IMG/VR virus record: IMGVR_UViG_3300044844_000854
Coordinates: 40,575-104,574 of that record
Source: a virus
Length of the DNA: 64,000 nt
Direction: 5' to 3' (one strand)
Shown here: piece after piece, positions 21,766 to 32,002 of the stretch
How the letters are laid out: every line of letters starts with the position of its first letter
How positions within the stretch are numbered: position 1 is the stretch's first letter
Notes under the pieces: model-generated
Told to the model about the DNA's origin: nothing
Databases searched by the model: none
Seen by the model: only the letters and a program-made list of their open reading frames with translations
Position numbers and translations under genes: made by a program

Positions 21766-22161
21766 ATGAAACAGAAAATGACACCATTTACTACTCATAG
21801 CAAACAAGGATTTACATCTAGGGATTTACCATATATTACAGGTAATAAAATCCTTGTAAGTGAATACTTTGTCAAACGACTTGGTGGTAAAGGATTTGTA
21901 TATACAGGTGGCGAAACACTTGATTTCTCTCAAGGATTAAAAGAACCTACCACTGATACACCTAGCTATCTTGATTTGGATATGGTGCTAAAAACACTAT
22001 TTGATGAGGTAGAACAACTTAAATTACAAAATGCTTTACTTGCTGAATGTTTAGCTATTCGTGGGATTGAAATCGTAGCAAATAAAGCAATCTATCACCC
22101 TATTGGGAAAACAGAAAATACATTACCTGCATTCTCTAGGTATGTTAAATCTGAAAAATAA
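21766..22161 (+). CDS. Hypothetical protein
   Basis: AAGGA RBS, 131 aa. Confidence 0.55.
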   Translation: MKQKMTPFTTHSKQGFTSRDLPYITGNKILVSEYFVKRLGGKGFVYTGGETLDFSQGLKEPTTDTPSYLDLDMVLKTLFDEVEQLKLQNALLAECLAIRGIEIVANKAIYHPIGKTENTLPAFSRYVKSEK

Positions 22162-22241
22162 TTAAGCTATATACATTGACAAATACAGACAATATTACTA
22201 CATTGATCTAAAAGCTAAAGACACTCTCAGGACATGATAAG

Positions 22242-22535
22242 ATGTTTGAAACAATATACACAGTACAGATTAAGACATTATTATTTGAAATTAGTATTGT
22301 ATGTTCACAATTACTAGATAATGATGAGCCTATTGCATTTGATTTATCCACAGAATTAAACCAATGGTGGATTGATGATAAAGATTATAAAACAACACCA
22401 AATGCAATCACTTTAGGTGTATGGCTTAAAACTATGGAATTACTTAAACAAGATAAATTATATTCAAGTAGAAATCTTACTTGTAAATCTGTGTTATTTG
22501 AGAGCCCATCTAAGATTGTTAGATTTACACCATAA
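22242..22535 (+). CDS. Hypothetical protein, possibly a degenerate QueD/PTPS T-fold homologue
   Basis: TTPNAITLGVW...CKSVLFESPSKIVRF loosely resembles the QueD C-terminus (PTAE.LA.W...V.V.ET); no catalytic His/Cys motif; first gene after a TTGACA promoter leading to folE. Confidence 0.3.
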   Translation: MFETIYTVQIKTLLFEISIVCSQLLDNDEPIAFDLSTELNQWWIDDKDYKTTPNAITLGVWLKTMELLKQDKLYSSRNLTCKSVLFESPSKIVRFTP

Positions 22536-22586
22536 AAAACGGAATATTAAAAAACCAAACTACAAAAACACCATAGGAGATATACT

Positions 22587-23006
22587 ATGTCACAAGAAAC
22601 ACAAGAACAACAAGTAGAACAAGAACAACCACAATCTACTACACAAGAAACACAAGAACAAGCTCAACAACAATCTCAAAATCCAAATGATGCTTTAGGT
22701 TTAACACCTGATGATGAGATTGAAACTGCGGTATTACTTGTTATGACTAAGAAGGATAAGGCTATTTTGCCTGTTGTAAATATTGGTAGCTTAAAAACTG
22801 ATAGAATTGCATCACCTAGAGAAGTATATCGTATGTGCCTTGATGTTGCAGATCAAATCTCTTCTGTATCTCTTTTAGGTGAACTTACCAATGTACAGGT
22901 AGCATTACTTAAAGAAAGCAATCAACAGGTATCAAACCTTACTGCTCAAAAGATTGCAATGGCATTAAATCGTGCAGTAGATGGTAGCAATAAACAAAAT
23001 GGCTAA
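22587..23006 (+). CDS. Hypothetical protein with Q/E-rich N-terminus
   Basis: AGGAG RBS, 139 aa. Confidence 0.55.
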   Translation: MSQETQEQQVEQEQPQSTTQETQEQAQQQSQNPNDALGLTPDDEIETAVLLVMTKKDKAILPVVNIGSLKTDRIASPREVYRMCLDVADQISSVSLLGELTNVQVALLKESNQQVSNLTAQKIAMALNRAVDGSNKQNG

Positions 23007-23565
23007 AATCAATGAAGATAATTTAGAAGTCATTCGTGATTTAATCTCTATCATTGGAGATAATCCATTTAGAGAAGGCTTGATTGATACACCTAAAAGA
23101 GTGCTTAAATCTTATGATGAAATCTTTGCAGGATATTCACAGAATGCTAGAGAAATCCTATCTACTACATTTGAAGAAGATATAAGCTATAACCAAATCA
23201 TTCTTTCTAGGGATATTCCATTCTCATCATTTTGTGAGCATCATATGTTACCATTTACAGGTAAGGCTCATGTTGCCTATTTACCTAATAAAAAGGTTGT
23301 AGGATTATCCAAACTTGCAAGAGTAGTGGATATGTTTGCAAAGAGATTACAAATTCAAGAGAAAATGACTGATCAAATTGCAGATGCTATCTTTGATGTA
23401 TTACAACCTAAAGGTGTAGGTGTTATGATTACTGCACACCATACATGTATGAGTATGAGAGGTGTAAATAAGCAAGACTCTCAAATGCTTACTACTGCTC
23501 TTAGGGGTACATTTCTTACAGAAGAACATAAGCAAGAATTTTATAATATGATCAATACTAGATAG
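22999..23565 (+). CDS. folE: GTP cyclohydrolase I
   Basis: [38 protein letters not shown] and HTCMSMRGV are all canonical FolE motifs. Confidence 0.97.
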   Translation: MAKINEDNLEVIRDLISIIGDNPFREGLIDTPKRVLKSYDEIFAGYSQNAREILSTTFEEDISYNQIILSRDIPFSSFCEHHMLPFTGKAHVAYLPNKKVVGLSKLARVVDMFAKRLQIQEKMTDQIADAIFDVLQPKGVGVMITAHHTCMSMRGVNKQDSQMLTTALRGTFLTEEHKQEFYNMINTR

Positions 23566-23611
23566 ATATTATTTCCTTTTTTAAACCACCGAAAAAAACG
23601 GGATATATAAA

Positions 23612-24007
23612 ATGAGTAGAAAAGTAATAGCAATAGACTTTGATGGAACTCTTACTCATCTACAAGATAACTATCATAATATGGAAATACATGAATTAAG
23701 ACCTAATGAAACAATTATCAATTATGTAAGAGCATTGCATAGTGAGTATCATTTCATTGTGATCTTTACTGCTAGATTATCTCACTATAGGGAAGAGATC
23801 GCAGCATACTTGAATTTCCATAAGATACCTTTTGATCTTATTCATACAGAGAAATTAAGGTTTGATGTGTTAATTGATGATAGAACTCTACACCCTAGCT
23901 TGATTGAGGCATTTGCAAACGATACTCATCATCAACTTGTGGATAAGATTAGACTAGAAACATTATCTCTAAACCTTAATCTAAGTGATGTAAATAAAAA
24001 TGAATGA
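23612..24007 (+). CDS. HAD-superfamily phosphatase (cap-less)
   Basis: IAIDFDGTL (motif I), IFTAR (motif II), K..FDVLIDDR (motifs III/IV). Confidence 0.88.
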   Translation: MSRKVIAIDFDGTLTHLQDNYHNMEIHELRPNETIINYVRALHSEYHFIVIFTARLSHYREEIAAYLNFHKIPFDLIHTEKLRFDVLIDDRTLHPSLIEAFANDTHHQLVDKIRLETLSLNLNLSDVNKNE

Positions 24008-24398
24008 GAAGAAAAAGACAGATGAAGTTCAATTTGAATATGATATTAAAGAACTTGAATTCTATTGGGATTTACTTATGGAAACATATCTTTCTATCCA
24101 TTCTAGATTGAATTACCAAAGGGAAAAAACACCTTATGATTTAAATAGCCTTATGATGACTATCAACTCAGCTACAAACTATTTACTTGGTGAAATCTCT
24201 TATAAAGATAAAGAAGATGAAATCTATGTATGTAAGCATTGTAGAAAGCTATATGTAGATCAATTCCCTTGCTATGAACGAAGAAAGAATAATCCATCAC
24301 TTCTACTTAAATGTGAGAAAGCCGATCAACCTATAGATAAAGATACTGACTTTAGCGACTATCTTGATTATGCAAAAAACGGAAAGTTTAAAAAATAA
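24000..24398 (+). CDS. Hypothetical protein with Cys cluster
   Basis: CKHC...C...C; translationally coupled within the operon. Confidence 0.55.
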   Translation: MNEKKKTDEVQFEYDIKELEFYWDLLMETYLSIHSRLNYQREKTPYDLNSLMMTINSATNYLLGEISYKDKEDEIYVCKHCRKLYVDQFPCYERRKNNPSLLLKCEKADQPIDKDTDFSDYLDYAKNGKFKK

Positions 24399-25510
24399 TG
24401 TTAAAAATATGCTATATCCAAAGACCTGATTACCAAATAGAACTATCTGGTCCATATATTAAAAGACAAGCATACCATAAAATGCTAGATAGCTTATCTC
24501 TACTTACAATCATTAAACTAGAAGAAACAGATTATAAAGTACCTAATTGTGTTAAGCCTGATTTTCTTGATCTTACATATTACCAACAGGTGTTAGATTT
24601 ACGACTTGAACAATATGACTTAGTATTTAATGAGAGATACACATTACTACCTATACTTGATCAAATTGGTGTAAGACATGTATTTTTACCACATATGACT
24701 TGGGAATGTAATGATGGATTTGCCCATGACTTAGAGAAATATGCACCTTTTAGTGATATTGTTATTTGTGAAACTTCTCTTATTAAGGGTATGTTTATTA
24801 GATTTACTAAGAATTGCTTTGTATTACCAAATCCCAACACTATTAAAGAGTTTAGATATAATCATACTTTAAGTGATGTAAATAATAATGTCATTATGGT
24901 AGGTAGAGATGATGATGTTAAACAAATGTATTTAGGTATAGATGCATTCAACAATGCTAGATTACCTTGTAAATTGGATATTTATTCATCTATCCCTTTA
25001 AGTAAAAAAACGGAAAGTAAAATAAATCCTAAAACAACAAGAGTACATATCGGCAAACCAACAAACTATGATAGATCAAGTATATTACTACATACATCTA
25101 TCCATGAAACAGCTTGTATTACTATTCAAGAAGCAATCTCTAATGGACTTACATTGGTTATCCCTAGAGAATTTGGGTATGATCACTATGTAGAGAATGA
25201 ATATACATTTAAATTTAATAGATCAAATATCTACTCTAAACAGGTTAAACTGATTATTGATACTCTTAACTATGCACATATGATGCAGACTACAGATAAA
25301 TCTTCACAGTTAGATTTCCACAATAAACATACTATGAGTGTAATTTGTAGACTACTTAAAGGCATACTTGATCAAATCAAAATACTTTTAGATGAACAGG
25401 CTAGAGATAAACACCTTGATTGTGATACTAGCTTAAAACTAACACAATTGATCTATAGGGAACTAAAAGAAGATAACAAGATAAAACTTGATAAAAAAAC
25501 GGAACAGTAA
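24398..25510 (+). CDS. GT-B fold glycosyltransferase (GT4-like)
   Basis: DIVICET, VLPNP, VIMVGRDDDVKQ, ILLHTSIHETACITIQEAISNGL (E-x7-E). Confidence 0.8.
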   Translation: MLKICYIQRPDYQIELSGPYIKRQAYHKMLDSLSLLTIIKLEETDYKVPNCVKPDFLDLTYYQQVLDLRLEQYDLVFNERYTLLPILDQIGVRHVFLPHMTWECNDGFAHDLEKYAPFSDIVICETSLIKGMFIRFTKNCFVLPNPNTIKEFRYNHTLSDVNNNVIMVGRDDDVKQMYLGIDAFNNARLPCKLDIYSSIPLSKKTESKINPKTTRVHIGKPTNYDRSSILLHTSIHETACITIQEAISNGLTLVIPREFGYDHYVENEYTFKFNRSNIYSKQVKLIIDTLNYAHMMQTTDKSSQLDFHNKHTMSVICRLLKGILDQIKILLDEQARDKHLDCDTSLKLTQLIYRELKEDNKIKLDKKTEQ

Positions 25511-25512
25511 AA

Positions 25513-26139
25513 ATGTTTTTAGACAAATACAAATCAAATATAGATACAAATATCCATAGATCACTATACAACAAAGATGATAATGGTAGATCAATGGAAA
25601 ATGAAGATCATATTAGATTAGCAGTAAATCACTTTATCCGTAAATGTAGACCAGGTGTTAGAGCTAGATTTTTTGATATTGGTGCTGATTATGGATTTGC
25701 TATGCATATTGCTAAGACAAGATTTATAGATGTTTATGGTATTGAGCCATACCCGCATATTGATCCCATAGACCCTATGATTAAGATTGATCAAGATACA
25801 ATAGAAACACTTGATTTTGCCCAATATCCTAGCGGTGAGTATCATGTATTTTTAAACCATGTCTTAGAACATTTGGAAAATCCCATAGGTGCATTGAATA
25901 AGCTAAGTGCATTTACAGATTGCCAATATCTCTTTATCTCTACACCTAATGGATTATGTCAAGATATGGATTGGGTATTCCCAAGAGGGCATTTACATTC
26001 ATTTATTCCTGAATTTTTTTCTATTGTAGTGCCTAGAGAAACACGATTTAAACTTATGGAACAACAAATTGTGTGCTTTAGAAACGGTTGGGAAGAAATT
26101 TGGAATGTATACCAAAGAAAATCAACAACGGAAGAATAA
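25513..26139 (+). CDS. Class I SAM-dependent methyltransferase
   Basis: FFDIGADYG (motif I), VYGIEP, NHVLEHLENP, LFISTPN, HLHSF. Confidence 0.88.
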   Translation: MFLDKYKSNIDTNIHRSLYNKDDNGRSMENEDHIRLAVNHFIRKCRPGVRARFFDIGADYGFAMHIAKTRFIDVYGIEPYPHIDPIDPMIKIDQDTIETLDFAQYPSGEYHVFLNHVLEHLENPIGALNKLSAFTDCQYLFISTPNGLCQDMDWVFPRGHLHSFIPEFFSIVVPRETRFKLMEQQIVCFRNGWEEIWNVYQRKSTTEE

Positions 26140-26140
26140 G

Positions 26141-26449
26141 ATGAAAAACACTTTTGATAACATTGCTAGTGATCTTGCTAGATTACTTACTGCTAAGAAT
26201 GATGCTTATGGTAATGCATTTGATAAGACTACTCAAATCTTAACATTACTATATCCTAAAGGCATTCCCTTATCTAGCTATAAAGATGTACATGTCATTA
26301 TTAGAATGCTTGATAAACTTTCAAGGATTGCACAAAACAATGATCCATTTGGTGAGTCACCATACCAAGACATTGCAGGCTATTCATTACTTGCTTTAAA
26401 ATCACACCTAGACACTCAAGAAAAAACGGAAGTTAAAAAAGATGAATAA
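26141..26449 (+). CDS. Nucleotide-modification-associated domain 1 (Nmad1/DUF1599-like, all-alpha pyrophosphatase-like)
   Basis: KNDAYGNAF...IRMLDKLSRI...ESPYQDIAGYSLL; start taken at ATG 26141. Confidence 0.8.
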   Translation: MKNTFDNIASDLARLLTAKNDAYGNAFDKTTQILTLLYPKGIPLSSYKDVHVIIRMLDKLSRIAQNNDPFGESPYQDIAGYSLLALKSHLDTQEKTEVKKDE

Positions 26450-27218
26450 ATACCAATTAGCAATCATGATGAGTGGTGGATTAGATAGCTTTGTTGCCTA
26501 TCACTATGCACAGAAAGAACTAAACATTCCTAAAGATCAAATTGTATGTGTATGGGTAAATTTGGGACAACCATATAACCATAAAGAAAAACAAGCAATA
26601 GATCACCTACAACAATCTCACTCTTTAGATAATGTTAGAATAATCACTTGTGATATATTAAGAGCTGAATGGGATAATCTACCACAGGTTAAAGAGCCTA
26701 AACAAATCATACCTGCACGAAATCTACTACTTTCTAGCATAGGTGCAATGTATGGTAATACTGTATGGATTTGTGCCTTAGAAAGTGAAATGCATGATAA
26801 AAATCCACTACAATTAGATAAGAGTCATAAATTCTACCAACTAGCTACAGATACTCTTACTGCTACACATGGCATTCCTATTAAGGTTGAAACACCATTC
26901 TCTAAGATGTCTAAAACTGATTTGATTGCATGGTCAATAAAAAACGGAATATCAAAAGAAGAACTTTTAAGTACATCTACCTGCTATGATGAAAATATTA
27001 GAAATTGTGGAAGATGTGGAACTTGCTTTAAGAGAAAGATTGGATTTATTCTAAATAATATAGAAGAACATTATGAAAATGATCCATTTACAAGTGATTT
27101 TGCAGAGCCATATCTTAGAAAACTACTTGATGCACAAGCTAAACAAGATTATTCTCACTATACACAAAAACGAGTAGAAGAAACTATATTAGCTATGTCT
27201 AAAAACAAAAAGGAATAA
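26442..27218 (+). CDS. queC: 7-cyano-7-deazaguanine synthase
   Basis: PP-loop MSGGLDS, GQ, IPARNLLL, STCY and CGRCGTCFKR Zn site. Confidence 0.93.
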   Translation: MNKYQLAIMMSGGLDSFVAYHYAQKELNIPKDQIVCVWVNLGQPYNHKEKQAIDHLQQSHSLDNVRIITCDILRAEWDNLPQVKEPKQIIPARNLLLSSIGAMYGNTVWICALESEMHDKNPLQLDKSHKFYQLATDTLTATHGIPIKVETPFSKMSKTDLIAWSIKNGISKEELLSTSTCYDENIRNCGRCGTCFKRKIGFILNNIEEHYENDPFTSDFAEPYLRKLLDAQAKQDYSHYTQKRVEETILAMSKNKKE

Positions 27219-27221
27219 CAA

Positions 27222-28841
27222 ATGAAAGTCGTTCTTGCAGGTGCACAATCTAAAAATGCTATGGAAGATTTACTATGGGCAGGCACACCCAATGTACTTG
27301 TTTCATATGAATATCTTAAAGATCAAAAAAATAAGGGTATAGAAGTCCTTAAAACATTCAAATCAGCAGAACGATGGATACTTGTTGACTCTGGTGCATT
27401 TACATTTAAGGTAAAATATAAATTTTTAAACTCAGCTTATTTTGATACAGATACATTTCCACCTAAACCTAAGGCATCTTTTGAACAACAATCTGTAGAT
27501 CAAATTGTAGAATACTTTAAAGAACAACAAATACCATTTGATCCTAGAACACAATGGGAACAAGCTAAAGAATATGCAATTAAAGATGTAACAAACTACT
27601 TTTTAGAACATTTAGATTGGATTAGACAAGCAGCACCTTATGCTAATGCATTTGCAGAACTAGATGTTGAATGGCTTATAGGTGATACTATTTGGCAATG
27701 GCGAGATCAATATAAAAAGGTGCTAGATGAAAACAATCCTGATGCAGAACTCATTTGTACACCACACATTTATAATTCAGATGAAGATTTAAAAAACATT
27801 GCTACCAAAATCACTAGATATATTGGATCTGACTTTTTAAATGCTAGAAAAGATAGTAGGCTATGGACTACACAAATGCCTATCTTAAAGGAACATCGTA
27901 TTAGGGTACATGGTTGGGCTCTCACAGGTCATATCTCTATGAGAGAGCTACCGTTCTATAGCATTGACTCTACAACATGGCTTGGTGGCGCTAAATATGG
28001 GACAACATATCACTATAGGGGTAATTGGGATATTGTTACTTATGATCACACAAGAAAGGTAGAGAATAGACAACAATTCAAGGGATTTTGTAAGGAACAT
28101 GAAATCGACTTTGATCAATTTATAGCTGATCATATCCCTACTGTAAATCGTTTTAATGCTAAGATGTGGACACTATGTGCGATAGACTTGGAACGAGATA
28201 TATCTAGAGCATATTGGTTATCTGAAGAAGAATTACAAAATGCAATCTCTACACAAAGATCAGAATTTGGACTTGATAAACCTTTAGAAGTTAGACATAG
28301 ACTTGATTTGATTTCACCTGAAGAGGCAAGATTACAATCTATCAATTATACAAGAATGTGTAATGCTTGCTTTCTAAACACAAAGTGCCCTGTATTTAAA
28401 AAAGATGCAACCTGCTCTATTGATACAGGTATCTCTATAGATAATAAAGATGCTATGATGCAATTACTAAATAAAGTGATTGAATTACAAGGTCAACGAG
28501 TAATGTTCGGTGTATTTGCAGAAAGAATACAAGGTGGTGTGATCGACCCTATGGTTGGTAAAGAAATGTCTTTATTATTCAAATTAGGTGAGCAAGCTAA
28601 AGCAATTGAACAAGAAAACACTACTGCTACAATCTCTTTCTCTAGTGGTGAAAAGAAACCTGCAGGTGGTATCCTATCTCAACTGTTTGGTGGGTATGGT
28701 AGAAATGGTGGTGGTGGATCTAAACCATCTCAATCTGAGAAAGTGATTGATGTTCAACCTATAGAACAATTAGAATTCCAAGAATTAAAACAAATTGAAA
28801 ATCAAGTAGTTATAAGATCAAAACCTGACAGTGAAAAATAA
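27222..28841 (+). CDS. dpdA: DpdA/TGT-like DNA guanine transglycosylase with Cys-rich C-terminal extension
   Basis: ILVDSGAFTF, FAELD, RVHGWA and PFYSIDSTTW match phage TGT/DpdA2-like enzymes; directly follows queC. Confidence 0.75.
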   Translation: MKVVLAGAQSKNAMEDLLWAGTPNVLVSYEYLKDQKNKGIEVLKTFKSAERWILVDSGAFTFKVKYKFLNSAYFDTDTFPPKPKASFEQQSVDQIVEYFKEQQIPFDPRTQWEQAKEYAIKDVTNYFLEHLDWIRQAAPYANAFAELDVEWLIGDTIWQWRDQYKKVLDENNPDAELICTPHIYNSDEDLKNIATKITRYIGSDFLNARKDSRLWTTQMPILKEHRIRVHGWALTGHISMRELPFYSIDSTTWLGGAKYGTTYHYRGNWDIVTYDHTRKVENRQQFKGFCKEHEIDFDQFIADHIPTVNRFNAKMWTLCAIDLERDISRAYWLSEEELQNAISTQRSEFGLDKPLEVRHRLDLISPEEARLQSINYTRMCNACFLNTKCPVFKKDATCSIDTGISIDNKDAMMQLLNKVIELQGQRVMFGVFAERIQGGVIDPMVGKEMSLLFKLGEQAKAIEQENTTATISFSSGEKKPAGGILSQLFGGYGRNGGGGSKPSQSEKVIDVQPIEQLEFQELKQIENQVVIRSKPDSEK

Positions 28842-28949
28842 ATAATTGACCTTTAGGTGTTATTCATCTAGCTTATTGCAAATTTTCCTATTGCTAGGTA
28901 TCTATCAAAAAACGGGATATTAAAAAACCAAACAACAAGAGAAGGTAAA

Positions 28950-30917
28950 ATGAAACAATCATTTACACTAGATACATCATTTGTAGAAACATATAAATCT
29001 AAAAAAGTAAGATGGGGTGGACTTGGGTATGTTGTATTTAAGAGAACATATGCTAGATCACTTGAAAATGGAAATACAGAAGAATGGTATCAAACAATTG
29101 AAAGAGTAGTTAATGGCACATACTCTCTACAGAAAAATCACTGTAAATCTCTCAATCTCTATTGGAATGAAGAAAAATCTCAAGCATCTGCTAAAGAAAT
29201 GTATGATCGTATCTTTAATTTCAAATTCCTACCACCTGGTCGTGGATTATGGGCTATGGGTACAGATATGATCTACAAGCAAGGATCAGCATCACTCAAT
29301 AATTGTGCATTTGTATCTACAGAAGATTTAGAAAGTGATCCTGTTGAGCCATTTATGTTCCTTATGGATATGGAAATGCTTGGTGTAGGTGTAGGGGCTG
29401 ATACACTAGGTAAAGGTAAAATCAATGTCAACAAAAAAACGGTGGTAGAAGAAACCCATATCGTACCTGATACAAGAGAAGGTTGGGTAGAATTACTTGG
29501 TATTATTCTAAAGGCATACTTTGTTAAAGGTGCAACATATCCTAGCACAATTGACTATTCACTCATTAGACCTGCAGGATTACCAATTAAAGGCTTTGGT
29601 GGTGTAAGTAGTGGTAAAGACCCACTTGAATTACTTGTTAAAGAAATCACTACACTACTTGATACATTCTTAGGTGACCTAGATAGCAAGCCAATCTCAT
29701 CTACAATCATTGTGGATATTTGTAATTATATTGGTAAATGTGTAGTAGCAGGTAATGTAAGAAGAACTGCTGAGATTATGTTTGGTACACCTGATGATGA
29801 AGAATTTCTTGATCTAAAAACGGACATGGAAAAACTATCTTCACACAGATGGGCATCAAACAATTCTGTATTAGCACATGTAGGTATGGATTATACTCAA
29901 ATTGCAAAACGAATTGAAATCAATGGTGAGCCAGGACTCATTTGGCTAGATAATGCTAGAACATTTGGAAGATCAAAAGATAAAAATACAGATGATTTTC
30001 GTGTTAAGGGAACAAATCCATGTGGTGAACAATTCTTAGAGAGTTATGAATTATGTAATCTTGTAGAAACATTTCCTGCACATCATGATAGCTTAGAAGA
30101 TTTTATGCTTACACTCAAGTATGCATATCTCTATGCAAAGTCAGTAACACTTACACCTACACACAATGCTAGAACAAATCAAGTAATGATGAGAAATCGT
30201 AGAATTGGTTGTTCTATGTCAGGCATTGTTCAAGCAATCAATAAATTTGGATTAGATACATTTAGAACATTCTGTGATCAAGGCTATAAAAAGGTAAAGG
30301 AATATGATCGCCAATATTCTGAATGGTTATGTATTCCTAGATCAGTAAGAATGACAACTGTAAAACCAAGTGGCACTGTATCACTACTTTGTGGAGCAAC
30401 ACCAGGTGTACACCAAGAGCATTCAGAGTATTATATTAGAAGAGTAAGATTAAGCAAAAACTCACCATTGCTAGAAGTCCTTACTAAAGCAGGCTACCAT
30501 ACAGAGCCATGTAAATACCAACCAGGAAGTATTGTTGTATCCTTTCCAATGAAGGTAGAGAATTTTAAGAAAGCTAAAGCAGATGTAACACTATGGGAAC
30601 AGGTTGCACTATGTTCATTTATGCAACAACATTGGAGTGATAATAGTGTTAGCAATACAATTACATTTACAAAGCAAGAAGCTAAAGACATTCCTATCTT
30701 GTTATCATTCTATGAAGATAAATTGAAGAGTGTATCTATGCTACCACTAAATGATCATAGCTATGAGCAAGCCCCTTATGAGTCAATTACACAAGAACAG
30801 TATTTAGAAATGATTAAGCCAATTGTAGATATTGATGATGTGCTTGTTAAAGATACACATGAAGAAACAGAAAAATTCTGTGATGGTGATAAGTGTACAA
30901 TCAAGTTAAACCAATAA
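28950..30917 (+). CDS. nrdJ: Class II (adenosylcobalamin) ribonucleotide reductase, monomeric RTPR type
   Basis: FKRTYAR, FLPPGRGLW, LNNC, GNVRRTAE, GTNPCGEQ, TVKPSGTVS and C-terminal FCDGDKC. Confidence 0.95.
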   Translation: MKQSFTLDTSFVETYKSKKVRWGGLGYVVFKRTYARSLENGNTEEWYQTIERVVNGTYSLQKNHCKSLNLYWNEEKSQASAKEMYDRIFNFKFLPPGRGLWAMGTDMIYKQGSASLNNCAFVSTEDLESDPVEPFMFLMDMEMLGVGVGADTLGKGKINVNKKTVVEETHIVPDTREGWVELLGIILKAYFVKGATYPSTIDYSLIRPAGLPIKGFGGVSSGKDPLELLVKEITTLLDTFLGDLDSKPISSTIIVDICNYIGKCVVAGNVRRTAEIMFGTPDDEEFLDLKTDMEKLSSHRWASNNSVLAHVGMDYTQIAKRIEINGEPGLIWLDNARTFGRSKDKNTDDFRVKGTNPCGEQFLESYELCNLVETFPAHHDSLEDFMLTLKYAYLYAKSVTLTPTHNARTNQVMMRNRRIGCSMSGIVQAINKFGLDTFRTFCDQGYKKVKEYDRQYSEWLCIPRSVRMTTVKPSGTVSLLCGATPGVHQEHSEYYIRRVRLSKNSPLLEVLTKAGYHTEPCKYQPGSIVVSFPMKVENFKKAKADVTLWEQVALCSFMQQHWSDNSVSNTITFTKQEAKDIPILLSFYEDKLKSVSMLPLNDHSYEQAPYESITQEQYLEMIKPIVDIDDVLVKDTHEETEKFCDGDKCTIKLNQ

Positions 30918-31048
30918 TTTAAACCAATATCGTATAGTAAAAAAACGGGATTTTTAAAAAAGATATACTTAGAACATATACAAAGAAATGACAATATACC
31001 TTATTATATATATATATGCAAATTTTCACTTTTTAAACCGTCCTGTAA

Positions 31049-31300
31049 TCACAAAGACTTTTCTCTTAGTTCATGTAATTCATGATTAAGCCTTGAAATC
31101 AAATGATCAATATGACTAAGGTATTCTTCTCTTATAGGCTTGTTCTTTAGCATTGTGGTAGCAATATCCTTGATCAATTTAAGACTTTCAATATCAAGAT
31201 TAATCTCATCTAGTAAAGGTACATCTCTAAAGATTGTGCCATCATTCTTACAATTACAGGTATATAAACCATCGTGGGTATGGGTATTTAGATTTAACAT
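31049..31300 (-). CDS. Hypothetical protein (the only convincing minus-strand gene)
   Basis: Lies in an otherwise empty gap; AAGAAAGGA precedes ATG at 31300. Confidence 0.5.
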   Translation of the reverse strand: MLNLNTHTHDGLYTCNCKNDGTIFRDVPLLDEINLDIESLKLIKDIATTMLKNKPIREEYLSHIDHLISRLNHELHELREKSL

Positions 31301-31427
31301 AGCATGATTTCCTTTCTTTATGCTCATTACATTATAACAGATTACTTTAAACTTTTCATTAACATTGACAATTTAAACTTAGATTTACATATATACATTT
31401 TAATAAAAATACACAAATTGCTAGATA

Positions 31428-31456
31428 TTTACACTATTCACTAAGATTGCTATTCT
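31428..31456 (+). promoter_or_regulatory. sigma70-type promoter with CACTAAGA spacer box
   Basis: TTTACA-17 nt (ctattCACTAAGAttgc)-TATTCT with extended TG. Confidence 0.7.
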
Positions 31457-31525
31457 TATATTATCATTTTGATATTGCATTTTTTCGCAAATCAATTTTT
31501 TCTTCAACAACAAAAGGTATAGATT

Positions 31526-32002
31526 ATGTTAGATTTTGACATTATTCTAAATGCTAAAGCTAGATTACCTAAAGATGCTCAAATTCGACTTGAAAATAGA
31601 GCTAAATCTTTACTCGATCAGATTACAACTTTGCAAATCCCATTGCTATGGTTAAAAGATAACCTTTATGCAAGCATCTCTGAGCAAATTCATAATACTT
31701 ATCGTTATGGTAATGAATTTAATGGTGATCCTGAAGGTTATGAAACTGTTAGAGAATTTTACACAAACAATCAAACTGTTGTGGAATTACTTTCAAGTGC
31801 AGAAATTCGTACATGTTGGATTAACAACGGACACAATGGTTATGTAATTGCTTGTCCTTCATCACAAAAAGATGGTTTACTCTTTTATTTAGAAGCAGGG
31901 ATTATTCTTTGTGATCATCGTGATGCACTCAATGATGCAGAAACAGAAATCTACACCTATTTACACACTCTAGAAAAAAGTGGTGAACATAATGAGCCTT
32001 AA
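31526..32002 (+). CDS. Hypothetical protein
   Basis: 158 aa, downstream of the boxed promoter. Confidence 0.6.
   Translation: MLDFDIILNAKARLPKDAQIRLENRAKSLLDQITTLQIPLLWLKDNLYASISEQIHNTYRYGNEFNGDPEGYETVREFYTNNQTVVELLSSAEIRTCWINNGHNGYVIACPSSQKDGLLFYLEAGIILCDHRDALNDAETEIYTYLHTLEKSGEHNEP

Noticed and set aside
352-22161. Stand-alone bacterial eCIS or tailocin locus
   Set aside because: Contiguous with phage replication, recombination and nucleotide metabolism genes, and sharing the same motif and composition
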